Assembly: GCA_918797485.1 (NCBI GenBank)
Contig: CAKKNE010000002.1
Location: 5,890,001-5,954,000 of the forward strand
Length of the DNA: 64,000 nucleotides
DNA from: Pelagomonas calceolata
Lineage: Eukaryota
Direction: 5' to 3'
Position numbers and translations under genes: made by a program. Shown here piece after piece: positions 30,844-41,590 of this stretch (position 1 is its first letter; every line of letters starts with the position of its first letter). The notes below the pieces were generated by a model, which had not been told where the DNA came from, ran no database searches, and saw only the letters and a program-made list of their open reading frames with translations.

Positions 30844-31820
30844 TTACAATTTGCCCGGCCCCCGCTTGTCCGGCAACGGCGACGAGGGGAACCGCGACCC
30901 GAGGACCGCGCGCTCCGCGCCGATCTTGGCGGCCTCCATGGCGCGCGCCAGGTCGTCGTCGGAGAGCGGCTTCCGCTTCGAGAGCACTATCCGGTAGGCG
31001 TTCGGCGCGACCATGGTCCGGTCGAGCCAGCGCGTGGCCTCGTCCCGCACGACTCGGCCGAGCTCCGCCTGGATCGGGAGCGGCACCTGACCCAGGGTCA
31101 CGTGGCACGCCACGTCGCAGCGGAAGGCGGGCGTCTCGAGGAAGCTCACCTTCAGCTGCGAGCCGTCCGCCGCGAAGGTCAGCCGGATGCGGCCCCTCAG
31201 CGCGATGTTCGTCACTTTCAGTAGGGTCGTGAAGGAGATGCCCCGCGACCCGTCGACGCAGGCCTCCGCCGTCCAGATGGGCGTCCAGGACACGTCCCAT
31301 TCGCTGTCGTCGAGCGACGACCACCTCCTCAAGACGATCTCCGGCTTCGACGCGTCGCTCGCGGGGAAGGAGCAGTCGCAGTACCGCAGCCCCGTCACGA
31401 AGCCGATGGAGGACAAGGCGCTCCGCAGGACACTTTTCGCCGTCGCGGCGTAGCCCGCGTTCTGCCCCGGGTTCAGGAGGAGCGCGTTCGCGAGGGCCGC
31501 CGTCGCGCGGACCTGTGTGGAAATCAACCAGTGTGTCGGGTGCTCGCGTCGATGGCGTGGAGGACGACGCGATGATTCAGAACGCGCCGTAAAATTTTGA
31601 TTTCCACACAGGCGCGGACCCAGGCCTCGGTCTCGCCGCGCGCCGCCTTCAGTTCGTCCTCGAGCGCCGCGGCGCGCGCTTTTTCATGCTCGAGCTGCTC
31701 TTCTATGGTCGGCGGCGCGCGCTCTTGCTCCGCCGCCTCGCGCGCGGCGCGGCTCTCGTCCCAGGCCTGCAGGGCCTCGGGCGACGGGCCGAGGCCGTCG
31801 AAGAGGTAGTCGTCCATCAT
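30844..31820 (-). CDS. SMP (TULIP lipid-transfer)-domain-like protein; exons 31820-31620, 31512-30844
   Basis: Coiled coil, then GETEAWV.., LRGRIRL, VSFLETP, MVAPN; frame restored by splicing. Confidence 0.6.
31513..31611 (-). mobile_element. Introner (99 bp), intron 31619-31513
   Basis: Perfect TIRs; TSD gtccgcgc (gene strand) on both sides. Confidence 0.95.
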
Positions 31821-32000
31821 CCACCAGCGCTGCCCGTGAGAGAGGCTGTCGGGAGAGGAGCAGTGAGAGAGCTCTTTTGTCGGCCCAAGCCCAGGCGTAG
31901 CGCCGCCGTATCGTGAGGAGCTACTACACAGCCTTCTTTTGCGAGGGTTAGGCAAGTACCAAGCTAATCCTGGGCCTTAGCTCCTTGTAAAGGTGCTTCC

Positions 32001-32022
32001 CTAGTGTGTTACAGGCCGCTAA
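32001..32022 (+). promoter_or_regulatory. CTAG-bounded motif (2 mismatches)
   Basis: ctagtgtgttacaggccgctaa upstream of the minus-strand gene. Confidence 0.55.
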
Positions 32023-32100
32023 CAATCCGGGGTCGGGGCTCTCTCTCTCATCGTCCTTCTTCTGGGGCAGTTAAGTCTCGAGTGGCGTAAGAAAACAACT

Positions 32101-33306
32101 CTACAAATTACTATCACCGCGCGCTACCCGCCCCACGCGCGCGATCGCCGCTGCCACGACCTCCGACGACTCCGCGGCGTGGCAGAGCCGGTAGAAGCCC
32201 TCGGGCGCGCCCATGAGCGGGCCGGGCGTGAGCACGACGCCGACCGCCTCGAGGGCACGCTCGTCGCACCGCGTTTCTCGCAGGTCCAAGAGGCAGAAAT
32301 GGCCCGCCGCCGGCTCGCCGACGACTGGGAGGCCTTCGGTCTCGAGGCATCGTCGCGCCGAGTGCCACGACTCGGCGAGCCGTGACCGCAGCGCCGGGAT
32401 CCACTCGTCGCGGAGCCACCGGTCGTCCGTGCAGAGCTCGGTTACGATAGCTTGAGTTACTGTCGAGGCCGCGCAGAACGCCCCGGCCGACGCGACGGCG
32501 TCCAGCACCGAAGCATCGCGCGTCGCGATGGCGCCGACGCGGTAGCCGCTCAGGGCCAGATCCTTGGCCGCCGAGTATACGACGTGTACGTGCCGGTCGT
32601 CGTCATCTAGAAGATCCAGTACCGACGTGAAACTGTCCTCAAAGACGGACAGCGCGAAGACCTCGTCCACGACGACCTGTACCCCCCGCCGCCGCGCCCA
32701 GCGCACGCACGCGCGCAACGCATCGGCCGGAAACACGGTCCCGCAGGGGTTGTGCGGGCTCGCCAGGAGCAAGCATTTCGCCTCCTCCGTCCACGCGGCC
32801 TCGAGCTGCGCCTCCGAAGGGACGCCGTGCTCCGACGGGACACCGACTAGTCGGCACTCCGCCCGAGCCTCGGCGTCGCGCTTGTAGGAGCCGTAGTACG
32901 GCGCCGGCGTCAGGACGACGGCGCCGCGCTCGCACGTCGCGTACAGCAGCAAATCGATCGCAGCCGTGGCCGACCCGACGACCGCGACCTGGGAAGCGTC
33001 CAGCTTGCCAGTCTGGAGAATGTGCTCGTTGTAAAGTTGAGCAAAGCCTTCGCGCGCTGCGGGGGCGCCGAGCCACGACGGCGCGTAGCGCACCTGGGAC
33101 GACGCGGCCGCCGCGGCCATCGCGACGCGCGGCAGCAGTATGTCGTCCATTAAAGCATTCTGGGCGACTGCGAGAGAGACCCTGTCGGGCACTTCGCGCG
33201 ACCGCGTAGCGGTGCCGACGTATGAGGCCGCGCGCAGGCCGCGCGACGAGAGGCTCGATGCTAAGGCAGTCGTGGCGAGCCCGGCGGCGGTCGGAATCCG
33301 TCGCAT
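32101..33306 (-). CDS. PLP-dependent class I/II aminotransferase, ACC-synthase-like
   Basis: LAVAQN, PAPYYG, SPHNPCG, VDEVFALS, SAAKDLALSGYRVG. Confidence 0.85.
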   Translation of the reverse strand: MRRIPTAAGLATTALASSLSSRGLRAASYVGTATRSREVPDRVSLAVAQNALMDDILLPRVAMAAAAASSQVRYAPSWLGAPAAREGFAQLYNEHILQTGKLDASQVAVVGSATAAIDLLLYATCERGAVVLTPAPYYGSYKRDAEARAECRLVGVPSEHGVPSEAQLEAAWTEEAKCLLLASPHNPCGTVFPADALRACVRWARRRGVQVVVDEVFALSVFEDSFTSVLDLLDDDDRHVHVVYSAAKDLALSGYRVGAIATRDASVLDAVASAGAFCAASTVTQAIVTELCTDDRWLRDEWIPALRSRLAESWHSARRCLETEGLPVVGEPAAGHFCLLDLRETRCDERALEAVGVVLTPGPLMGAPEGFYRLCHAAESSEVVAAAIARVGRVARGDSNL

Positions 33307-33479
33307 CACTGCACTGCGGCGTGCGGGAGCTGCAGTGTAGGCAGCAATGCCTCCACGGCAAAAATCGCGGCCTGGTGCCACGACAACTGGACTGGTGCGA
33401 AATTGATGATCAATGCGGCTCAAATCGACCGCTTGGCACCGGACTGTGACTGTGGGGAGCTGCTGCTTGGCAGGCATCC

Positions 33480-33501
33480 CTAGTGTCTTACAGGCCGCTA
33501 G
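33480..33501 (+). promoter_or_regulatory. CTAG-bounded 22-bp motif, perfect
   Basis: ggcatcc-ctagtgtcttacaggccgctag between divergent genes. Confidence 0.65.
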
Positions 33502-33657
33502 CACTAATCAAAGACTTAGTCGCAACACAGCGAGAGACACAGGGGGGCTAAGTAGGTTTGCCCCCCATGGCACACACGCAGCAAAAGACATTGCGCGGGC
33601 TTTTTGTTATGGGCCCGGGCTGCCCGAACCAATTGCGGAGGGCATTATAACGCAGCC

Positions 33658-34185
33658 ATGAGGGCCGCGGGCAGCCTTCTGGCAACCTGCATGCTCGTTA
33701 CTGCCTACAACCCACGCGCGACACCGGAGCAACGTGCCGAGAAGAAGCGCACCTTCGATGAGATGCACATAGTGTGGTGCGCCGCGCATGGAGATTCCGA
33801 CCTGTGCAAGCGCTACCGCGGCGAGACGACGCATCTGCGACTGCGCGAGGACGACAAGGTCGAATACTGGTCGATGCACGAATTATATTGCAGCGACGAT
33901 GACGTTGATCGGAGCTCGACGCCGCAGTGCCGGCAGAACTGGGCCGCGCATCTTCGCAACGAGAGGGCGGCGGCCGCGGCGCGCGCGGAGGCGGACGAGG
34001 ACGTAGCGCCTGAGGAGCCTGCGCCGACGAAGACGAGGCGAAGACGCGACGACGACGATCGTCCGCCGGAGCCGCCGCGGTACCGCCGCCATCGCATCCA
34101 CAAAGGGAAGGAGCTCCGCGAGCCGCCGGGGCTGGCGCACGCAAACCACAAGTCGCCGTTCCGGAGCCCCGACGAGGAGCTTTGA
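33658..34185 (+). CDS. Secreted/ER protein of unknown function
   Basis: Signal peptide; duplicated MH..(W/Y)C...C motif; C-terminal DEEL (ER-retention-like). Confidence 0.6.
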   Translation: MRAAGSLLATCMLVTAYNPRATPEQRAEKKRTFDEMHIVWCAAHGDSDLCKRYRGETTHLRLREDDKVEYWSMHELYCSDDDVDRSSTPQCRQNWAAHLRNERAAAAARAEADEDVAPEEPAPTKTRRRRDDDDRPPEPPRYRRHRIHKGKELREPPGLAHANHKSPFRSPDEEL

Positions 34186-34400
34186 CCTAAACATGTGTAT
34201 GTTCTCCTACAGCGTGCGGGGTTCGTACCGGCAGCCCTTCCAGCACCTGGCAGGGCTTGGCAGCTTTTGGACCGACCGCGCTGGGACGACGACGGGGCGG
34301 CCCGCGGAGCCGCGCCGGGTCCTCCCCAGCCAAGCAGGGACCCGCCCGCGACGCCTGCGCCCGCCTGGGCACACAGCCCAGCCGAGAGGGGCAGCCAACC

Positions 34401-35591
34401 ATGGCTCTCACGGCGCGGCACCCCGGCGCCGACTTACGGATCCTCGTCCCCGGCAAGTTCGCCTGGTACTGCGTGCCCGAGCAGGTCGCGCAGCGCGAGG
34501 TTCCCGTCCTGGACGGCTGTACCATGGTCAGCACCGACGCGACGTACGTCTACGAGCAGTTCTTCGCGGATTTCGGCCCCTTGAATCTGGCCTGCGTCAC
34601 GAAGCATTGCAGGCGCATGTTTTCGCTGCTGGAACAGGGGACGACGGTCGTGCACTACTGCGGCGACCACCCCCACAAGCGGGCGAACGCGGCGTTCCTC
34701 GCCTGCTGCGTCTGCGTGTGCGTGCTCAAGCAGACGGCGGAGGAGGCCTTCGCGCCCTTCCTGGGCTGCGACCCGCCCCTGCACCCGTTCCGCGACGCCG
34801 GCTTCGGCGTGTGCACGTTCCAGTGCCTCGTGCTGGACTGCGTCCGCGGCGTCGCCAAGGCCTGCGCGCTGAAGCACTACGACTACGCACAGTTCGACGT
34901 CGACGCCTACGAGACCCTCGAGAAGCTGGAGGAGGGCGACCTCGCGTGGATCGTGCCCGGCAAGTTCGCCGCGTTCAGCACGCCGACCGAGGAGCGGCGG
35001 GAGCTGCGGCCGGGCGTCTTCACGCTGGCGGTGGAGCAGTACGCGGCCCTCTTCAAGCGGCTCAACATCACGTGCGTCGTCCGGTTCAACAAGAAGCTGT
35101 ACGACCGCGCCATCTTCCAGAAGGCGGGGATCCGGCACGTCGACCTGTGGTACGAGGACGGCTCGAACCCGTCCGAGGCCATCCTCCAGCGGTTCCTCGC
35201 GCTGTGCGAGCAGGAGGCCGGCGGCGTCGCCGTGCACTGCAAGGCGGGCCTCGGGCGGACGGGGACGAACATAGGAGCGTACATGATGAAGCACTTCGGC
35301 TACTCGGCGCGGGAGTGCATCGGCTGGATGCGCATCTGCCGGCCGGGCAGCGTGATCGGGCCGCAGCAGCAGTTCCTGGTCGAGGCCGAGGACCGGCTGT
35401 GGCGGGAGGGGGCCGTGTTTCGGCAGCAGCGGGCGAACTGGCCGGAGCAGCCGCTCCCGTCCCACAAGCCGCCGCTGTACGAACCGCCCGCGTACCTCCC
35501 CTCCGGCTCGCTGGTGGGCGTGAACCGGGCGCGGGCCGCGGCGCAGGTCGCCGCGCGGCGGGCCAAGGTGAATCGGCGGCCGACCGGGTAA
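34401..35591 (+). CDS. CDC14: Cdc14 dual-specificity phosphatase
   Basis: YEQFFADFGPLNL, FRDA, HCKAGLGRTG, RPGSVIGPQQ. Confidence 0.93.
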   Translation: MALTARHPGADLRILVPGKFAWYCVPEQVAQREVPVLDGCTMVSTDATYVYEQFFADFGPLNLACVTKHCRRMFSLLEQGTTVVHYCGDHPHKRANAAFLACCVCVCVLKQTAEEAFAPFLGCDPPLHPFRDAGFGVCTFQCLVLDCVRGVAKACALKHYDYAQFDVDAYETLEKLEEGDLAWIVPGKFAAFSTPTEERRELRPGVFTLAVEQYAALFKRLNITCVVRFNKKLYDRAIFQKAGIRHVDLWYEDGSNPSEAILQRFLALCEQEAGGVAVHCKAGLGRTGTNIGAYMMKHFGYSARECIGWMRICRPGSVIGPQQQFLVEAEDRLWREGAVFRQQRANWPEQPLPSHKPPLYEPPAYLPSGSLVGVNRARAAAQVAARRAKVNRRPTG

Positions 35592-35950
35592 ACTTATAGC
35601 TAGTAATCCGAGTCGGCGTGGTGCGGTGGTGGCGCGAAGGCGATACGCCCCAACATACGCCATCGCCGCGGTTCGTTCGAACGGAGTAGACCCGGCCGGC
35701 GCCTGTACCACGTATCCGACTCCTCGGAGTCTTGAATAAATATAACTTACGCCCCTACGCGCGAGCGCGCCTGCGCGGAGGAACGTCACCGCGAGCAGAC
35801 GACGCGACGAGGCTCTCGGCGAAGCGCGAAGCGAACCCTCGGCTAAATCCCTTAACGGTCGTCCATCATACGATATTCGGAGCAGATCTTGAATAGTTGT
35901 GGGTCGTCACCGGGTCCTCTCGTGAACAAGAAACTGACGCCGCCGCACGC

Positions 35951-37414
35951 CTATCGCGTCTTCTTCGCATCGATACCTCGGAGCCGCTCCACCAGCGGCG
36001 GGTGCGAGTGGTGGTAGGTGCTGAACCAGGGGTCCGGGTCCAGGACGCCCAGGTTCTCGAAGGTGATCTTGACCAGCCCTCGCTGCAGAGCGGCCCCCTT
36101 CCCCAGCGAGGCCCCGAAGGCGTCGGCCTGGAACTCCATCCGCCGGCTGTTCCAGGTCATCAGGAAGGACAGCAGGTGGTCCACGGGCTCCCAGAGGAAC
36201 GCGAAGAAGAGCAGCACGCCCACGATCACCGGCGCGCCCGCCGTGTCCGACGCCCCCGCGACGGCCCGGAACCCGAAGGCGTTGTAGATGTCGACCGAGC
36301 CCATGCACCCCGCGAAGAAGTAGAACGCCGCGAAGACGTAGAGCTGCGAGATGGCGAACGTGAGCAGCACGTGGCCGTGGTGCCAGTGCCCGAGTTCGTG
36401 CGCGAGGACGGCGACGATCTCCTCGTCCGACGCCTGCTTGAGCAGCGTGTCGAAGAGCACGATGCGCTTCGACTTGAAGAAGCCGTACATGTAGGCGTTC
36501 GAGTGGGAGCTCCGCTTCGAGCCGTCGACGGTGAAGAGCTTGTACAGCGGGTAGTCGACCCGCGCCGCGAGCGCCTCGATCTTCGCGCGCAGGCTCCCCG
36601 CCTCGAGCGGCTCGTACTTGTTGAACAGCGGCTGCACGACGACGGGGTAGATCGTCACGAAGAACGTCGACACGAGGACGAAGAACGCGCCCACGTACAC
36701 CGCGAGGTTCCGCGGGCCCGCGAGCATCACGATTTTAATAAATAAAGCCAGGCACGGGCCGCCCAGCGCCGCCGTGAGCGCCAGCGTCTTCAGCAGGTCC
36801 GTCGCAAACAACGCCGGCGTCGTCTTGTTGAAGCCGTGCCTGGCCTCGACGCCGAAGGTCGAGTACAGGGCCGTGGGCAGGTTGAGGACCGTGTCGGCGA
36901 GCTCCCACAGCCCGTAGAAGATCAGGGAGACCTTGATCTCGTGGCCCTCGCCGAAGTACTTGGTTCCGAGAGCCTCGGCCGCGTCCCAGAGGTAGGGCAT
37001 CGCTCCCAGGAGCACGAACGCCAGGGCCTTCGCGAGCGAGTAGGCCGCGCTCACGAACTTAAAGCGCGACTTGTCCAGCGCGTAGGCTCGCGACGCGGGC
37101 GCCTTCTCCTTGAGCTTGGCCAGGAGCGCGGCCGGCGACGACTCGCCCGCGGTCGTCGGCATGGCGTCGACCAGCCTCTCGAGCTCCGGCGGCACCCGGT
37201 CGCCCCGCTCCTTGATGCGCCTGTGTTGCCTCAAATCGAGGTAGCGCTCCCAGCACTGCATGACGAGCGTGAACATGATGGTCGCGGCGAGGAAGGGGTA
37301 GGCGCTCGCGCCGCAGCCGTCTTGCTGGTACTTGGGTTGCAGCGCCGTCAGCCGGTCGAGGAGTGTTGGCGGCGGCGGCGGCGGTGGCGCCTCCTTGAAG
37401 TAAGAGAGGACCAT
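35951..37414 (-). CDS. STE24: CAAX prenyl protease 1 (M48A)
   Basis: DGSKRSSHSNAY, HELGHW, EFQADAF, HHSHPPLVERL. Confidence 0.95.
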   Translation of the reverse strand: MVLSYFKEAPPPPPPPTLLDRLTALQPKYQQDGCGASAYPFLAATIMFTLVMQCWERYLDLRQHRRIKERGDRVPPELERLVDAMPTTAGESSPAALLAKLKEKAPASRAYALDKSRFKFVSAAYSLAKALAFVLLGAMPYLWDAAEALGTKYFGEGHEIKVSLIFYGLWELADTVLNLPTALYSTFGVEARHGFNKTTPALFATDLLKTLALTAALGGPCLALFIKIVMLAGPRNLAVYVGAFFVLVSTFFVTIYPVVVQPLFNKYEPLEAGSLRAKIEALAARVDYPLYKLFTVDGSKRSSHSNAYMYGFFKSKRIVLFDTLLKQASDEEIVAVLAHELGHWHHGHVLLTFAISQLYVFAAFYFFAGCMGSVDIYNAFGFRAVAGASDTAGAPVIVGVLLFFAFLWEPVDHLLSFLMTWNSRRMEFQADAFGASLGKGAALQRGLVKITFENLGVLDPDPWFSTYHHSHPPLVERLRGIDAKKTR

Positions 37415-37485
37415 AACGCTCGAGGGCCAGTAGCGGTGGTACGACGTCGCTCTGCAATTGCTGCGGCTATACTGCGATTGCGCAG

Positions 37486-37505
37486 CTAGGGTTGTAAGAC
37501 ACTAG
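37486..37505 (-). promoter_or_regulatory. CTAG-bounded motif, variant
   Basis: ctagggttgtaagacactag between divergent genes. Confidence 0.55.
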
Positions 37506-37648
37506 GCATCCAGGCTGTCCCAAAAGTGCGTGTTTGCTGTCTTGGACCTGTACTCCACGCGAGATTAACGCGAGATTACGGTACTAAATATATATTTGTC
37601 CACAGAGACCGCGCATAGCCGACCGGGCCGAAAACCGAAGCATCAATC

Positions 37649-38073
37649 ATGTTTGCCTCGAGGATGACAATCGCTCGCGCCGCGACGGCGACGCGCCAGT
37701 TCGCGAGCCTGAGCGGCGCCCGGGCCTACCTGCCCAAATTCTCGACCGTCGCGGCCGGCGGCACGGTCCTTGTGGTCGGCGGCGGCCTCGCGTACGACCG
37801 CTGGATGACGAAAATGTCCCATGACACCGGCGTCCAGGGCGTCGACGCCGTCGACACCCCACCGAACACGCGCGCAGGCACCACTCCGAGATCATCTGGC
37901 ACGGCTCGGACCGCGGCGCCCTGCCGCCGACGGAGCAGCGCTTCTTCCCGCCCGAGGAGCGCGGCGAGATGCCGCGGCTCATGCGCATCTGGCGCACGAC
38001 CGAGGCGGACGGCTTCAACCGCGAGGCCGACACGGACCAGGTCGCCGCCGAGGGCCAGCAGCCGACGGTCTAG
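37649..38073 (+). CDS. Small single-TM protein, probably mitochondrial; exons 37649-37815, 37878-38073
   Basis: Arg/Ala/Thr presequence and TM segment; GT..cgcag intron gives a GC3-rich second exon (HHSEIIWHG...). Confidence 0.55.
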
Positions 38074-38182
38074 TAGAGGCCGGCCCCGGGAATAAGAAAC
38101 CCTAGTACATAGCCAACACTCGGGGCGACGGCGTACGTGGGCGGGGGCGGGGCGGCGCGGCCTAGCTCTAAGCAAAGCAACC

Positions 38183-39625
38183 TTAGGGCAGGCACGCCGC
38201 CGCGTCCTCGGCGACGTCGCAGCCCTCCCTCAGGAACCAGAGGCCCAGGCCCCGCAGCGCCTCCCGCTTCTCCGCCGTGCCGCCCGTGAAGTTCACGTGG
38301 AAGACGGCGACGCGCCGCGCGCCGCTCCGCAGGTCCGCGCGGACCTTGTTGCGCGCGCCGCCGTTGACCACGACGTCCGGGTCCAGGATGCTGACCGAGA
38401 GCCCCGCCATCGCGTTCGCCTCGGCCAACGCGGGGTTGAGGACCGCCTGGTGCGACTGCCGCGAGATGACGACGGAGTAGCTGTTCAGCAGGTGCGCCAG
38501 CAGCAGCTCGGACCGCCACGTCGCCCGCAGCAGGTAGAAGCCCGAGTTCGCGAAGAACGGCGCGAAGCGGTCGGTCCGCACGCCGTCGTCCATCCAGGCC
38601 GAGTCCGTCGCCGGCGCGTAGACGGCGTCCCAGACGTCCGGCCGCAGCCAGACGACGTCCGCGTCCTGGAACAGCACGTCGTACCCCAGCACGGACGCGG
38701 CGTAGACCGCCGCGGTCTTGAGCCACATGGCGTCGACGAAGGCCCGGTCGCCGTACGCGCCGTAGTCGCCGCCCGCGACGTCCCCCAGCGCGGCGTGGCG
38801 GAAGGTCGGGACCCGCGCTCGCTGGAGAATCCTCTGCGCCGCGGCGTCGGCCGCGATCACCAGCAGGCCCGCGTCCGCGTTCAGTCGCCGCGCCGACGCC
38901 ACGAAGTTCAGCACCAGGTGCACGGTCCGACTATCGGCGACCGTGAGGAGGACGCGGCCCAGCCCGCGCCGCGCGAATCGGCTCGCCGCGGCCCCGCGCG
39001 CCGGCAGGGCGACGCGCGCGAGCGCGACCTTGAGCTCCCGGCTCATCGCGTCGAAGCCCCGGTCGAAGGCGAGGCGCCGCCGCCGCGCCCGCGCCCGCGC
39101 CGCGGCGCCGGGGAGGGGGGCCCTCCGGTCACCGCGCCGCTGGAGCGCCCACCGCTCGGCGGTCCGCTTGTAGGTGAGCACGTGGTAGGGGAGCGCCTTC
39201 GAGTTCGTCTCCGCGAGCAGTAGGCACCGTCCCGGGCTCCGGGCGCCGCCCACGATGGCCGCGTCGACCTCGGCGCAGTGCGCCGGGTACTCCTCGTCCG
39301 TTAAGCGCCTCGTGCCGTTGAGGAGGCGGCGATGGTAGCGCGTCGTCGGTCGAGGCGCCTCCTTGTGCTGCAGCAGCACCGAGCCGATGCCGGGCGCCGT
39401 CCAGGGGCTCCGCGGCCCGAAGAGCGCCGCGTGCGCGCGTTCTCTTTCGACAAACTCGGCGGCGCGCCACGTCTGGCGCTCGCGCGGCAGGCACTTCGGC
39501 GGCGGCGCCGCGAGGCGGCGTCTCCTTTCCTGCATGCGAGGCGGCGCGAGCGTGACCAGCAGGCCGACGGCGAGGCCCGCGCCGAAGGCGGCGGCGCCGC
39601 GCAGGCGCAGGCGGAGCTCCACCAT
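38183..39625 (-). CDS. Nucleotide-diphospho-sugar transferase (GT77-like), type II membrane protein
   Basis: LGYDVLFQDADVVW, NSGFY, HQAVLN, HVN motifs. Confidence 0.85.
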   Translation of the reverse strand: MVELRLRLRGAAAFGAGLAVGLLVTLAPPRMQERRRRLAAPPPKCLPRERQTWRAAEFVERERAHAALFGPRSPWTAPGIGSVLLQHKEAPRPTTRYHRRLLNGTRRLTDEEYPAHCAEVDAAIVGGARSPGRCLLLAETNSKALPYHVLTYKRTAERWALQRRGDRRAPLPGAAARARARRRRLAFDRGFDAMSRELKVALARVALPARGAAASRFARRGLGRVLLTVADSRTVHLVLNFVASARRLNADAGLLVIAADAAAQRILQRARVPTFRHAALGDVAGGDYGAYGDRAFVDAMWLKTAAVYAASVLGYDVLFQDADVVWLRPDVWDAVYAPATDSAWMDDGVRTDRFAPFFANSGFYLLRATWRSELLLAHLLNSYSVVISRQSHQAVLNPALAEANAMAGLSVSILDPDVVVNGGARNKVRADLRSGARRVAVFHVNFTGGTAEKREALRGLGLWFLREGCDVAEDAAACLP

Positions 39626-39761
39626 GGGCGCTGCTTTCTTGGCCGCAGCCCGAAGCAGCCCGAATGCCCGGCGCGCAGCTATATGTTCAGAGGCAGGCCC
39701 ATGCACCGGCGGTTGCTAGCCATCTCATAACGCGCGCTTTGCCTTTAATTTTTTTAGCTGG

Positions 39762-39782
39762 CTAGTGCCTTGCTTCCGCTAG
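39762..39782 (+). promoter_or_regulatory. CTAG-bounded motif, degenerate
   Basis: ctagtgccttgcttccgctag between divergent genes. Confidence 0.4.
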
Positions 39783-39848
39783 CTAATCCCCGGCGCGAGC
39801 CGGGGTAAAAGTCCTTAACCCCCCATGCGTCGAGTTTCACCCCATTGC

Positions 39849-41569
39849 ATGATGCGCTCTGCGACCGCTTTGCGGTTGCTGCGACCAGCGGCGCGCGGGG
39901 CGCTGCGCAGCGCTGGTGCAAGAAGCCATGCCATGCTCTCCACAGAAGCCGTGCAGCGCATCTCCGCCGTGGGCATCCTGGCGGACGTCGGCTTCGGCTG
40001 CACGAAGCTCGGCGTCGGGACCGCGTGCGCGTCGCCCGCTCTGGTCGCCGACGGCGCGCATAGTCTCGCGGACGTCTTAGTCGGCGCCGTTTCTTACGGA
40101 GCTTATGCCGCGGCAAGAGCACCGCCCGACGAGGAACACCCGTATGGCCACGGTAAATTCGAAGCAGGGGGCTCTTTGGTCGTCGGCGGCGCGCTCGTCG
40201 CAACGGGTGCCGCGGCGGCGGCGAACGCGGCGACGATGGCGACGGCCGCGCCGGACGTGATGACGCTGCCGGCCATGACCGCCTGCGCGGGCGTCGCCGC
40301 GTTATCAATCGCCGGCAAGGAGTGGCTCTATCGCGCGACGCTCCGGGCCGGCGAGCGGGGCCGGAGCGACGCCATCGTGGCGAACGCGCACCACCACCGC
40401 AGCGACGCGTACGCGTCGATCGCGGCGCTGGGCGGCATCGTCGGCACCTACGTGCTGGGCGTGCCGTGCAGTGCATAAATCAAATTGTCGCGACGCGTCT
40501 ACCACGGCTCAACCATGACCTCCACACCATCGACGCGACGCCGGCTCGATGGCGTGGCCGTGGGGGTCTCTCACCGCTCGATTCGGTCAGCACGGTCGCG
40601 TCTTCGCCGAGAATGGACTTAGTGAAGAATTATCGGGTGCACCCGACACACTGGTTGATTTACGCACAGGTGCCGTGGCTGGACCCCCTCGCGGCGGCGG
40701 GCGTCGCCGCGGTCGTGGCGCACCAGGGCGTGCACATCTGCCGGGACGCGGTGGACCAGCTGCTCGACGCGTCGTTCGACCCGGCGCGCGTCGAGCAGTT
40801 GCGCGACGCGGTGTCGGAGACGCTCGGGCCGGAATACGTCGTGGACTGTGTGGAAATCAAATTTTACGGCGCGTTCGTGCTGAATCATCGCGTCGTCCTC
40901 CACGCCATCGACGCGACGCCTGCTCGATGGCGTGGCGATGCCGGTTCCTCGCCGCTCGACCGAGCCAGGACGGCCGCGTCATTGCCGAGAAATGACTTAG
41001 TGAAGAATTGTCGGGTGCACCCGACGCACTGGTTGATTTCCACACAGGTCGTGGAGCGGCTGCGGGCTCGCAAGGCTGGGCCGGGCATCGTGGCTGACCT
41101 TGTTTTGTCGGTGCCGGCGGGCTTGTCCGCATCCGCCGCCCACCAGGTCGGCGAGCACGGGGCCGTGGCGCTGCGCCGGGCGGCGTCCGAGGCCGGCGTC
41201 GCTGTCGCGGACGTGCAAGTTCATTTAGATCCGTCGGATCGGCAAGAACGCGACACGTGCCTCGCGGCGCTGCCGTCGACGCTTGAAAAGAGGGTCACCA
41301 GCCGCGCGCTGAGGCACCCGCGCGTCCGCGGCGTCGCGCACTGCGTCGTTCGGTACGACAACACTAAAGTCCTTGCCAAGGTCGACGTGATACTGCCGGA
41401 CGCGATGACGTTGCGCGCGGCGCACGGAGTCGCGGGCGCGCTCCGGCGGTCTATCTTGCGAGGAGTACCCGAGCTCCACGAAGTCGACGTCGACTGCGAG
41501 CTCGACGAGCGCCGGGCCCGGACGTCGCGGCGGGGCGTGGGGCGCGGTCGCCACACTAGTTGTATGTGA
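39849..41569 (+). CDS. Cation diffusion facilitator (FieF/MMT-like), probably mitochondrial; exons 39849-40460, 40670-40837, 41048-41569
   Basis: ADGAHSLAD, HPYGHGKFE, NAHHHRSD, WLDPLAA; frame restored by two introner introns. Confidence 0.9.
40469..40669 (+). mobile_element. Introner subfamily 2 (201 bp), intron 40461-40669
   Basis: TSD gtgccgtg; ends cagtgcataaatcaa / ttgatttacgcacag; interior homologous to family 1. Confidence 0.92.
40846..41047 (+). mobile_element. Full-length introner (202 bp), intron 40838-41047
   Basis: Perfect TIRs; TSD gtcgtgga on both sides. Confidence 0.95.
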
Positions 41570-41590
41570 TCTGTAATACGATTGATAACT

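Noticed and set aside
38094..38105. AAACCCTA telobox or telomere-like word
   Set aside because: Single occurrence in a 3' region; expected by chance.
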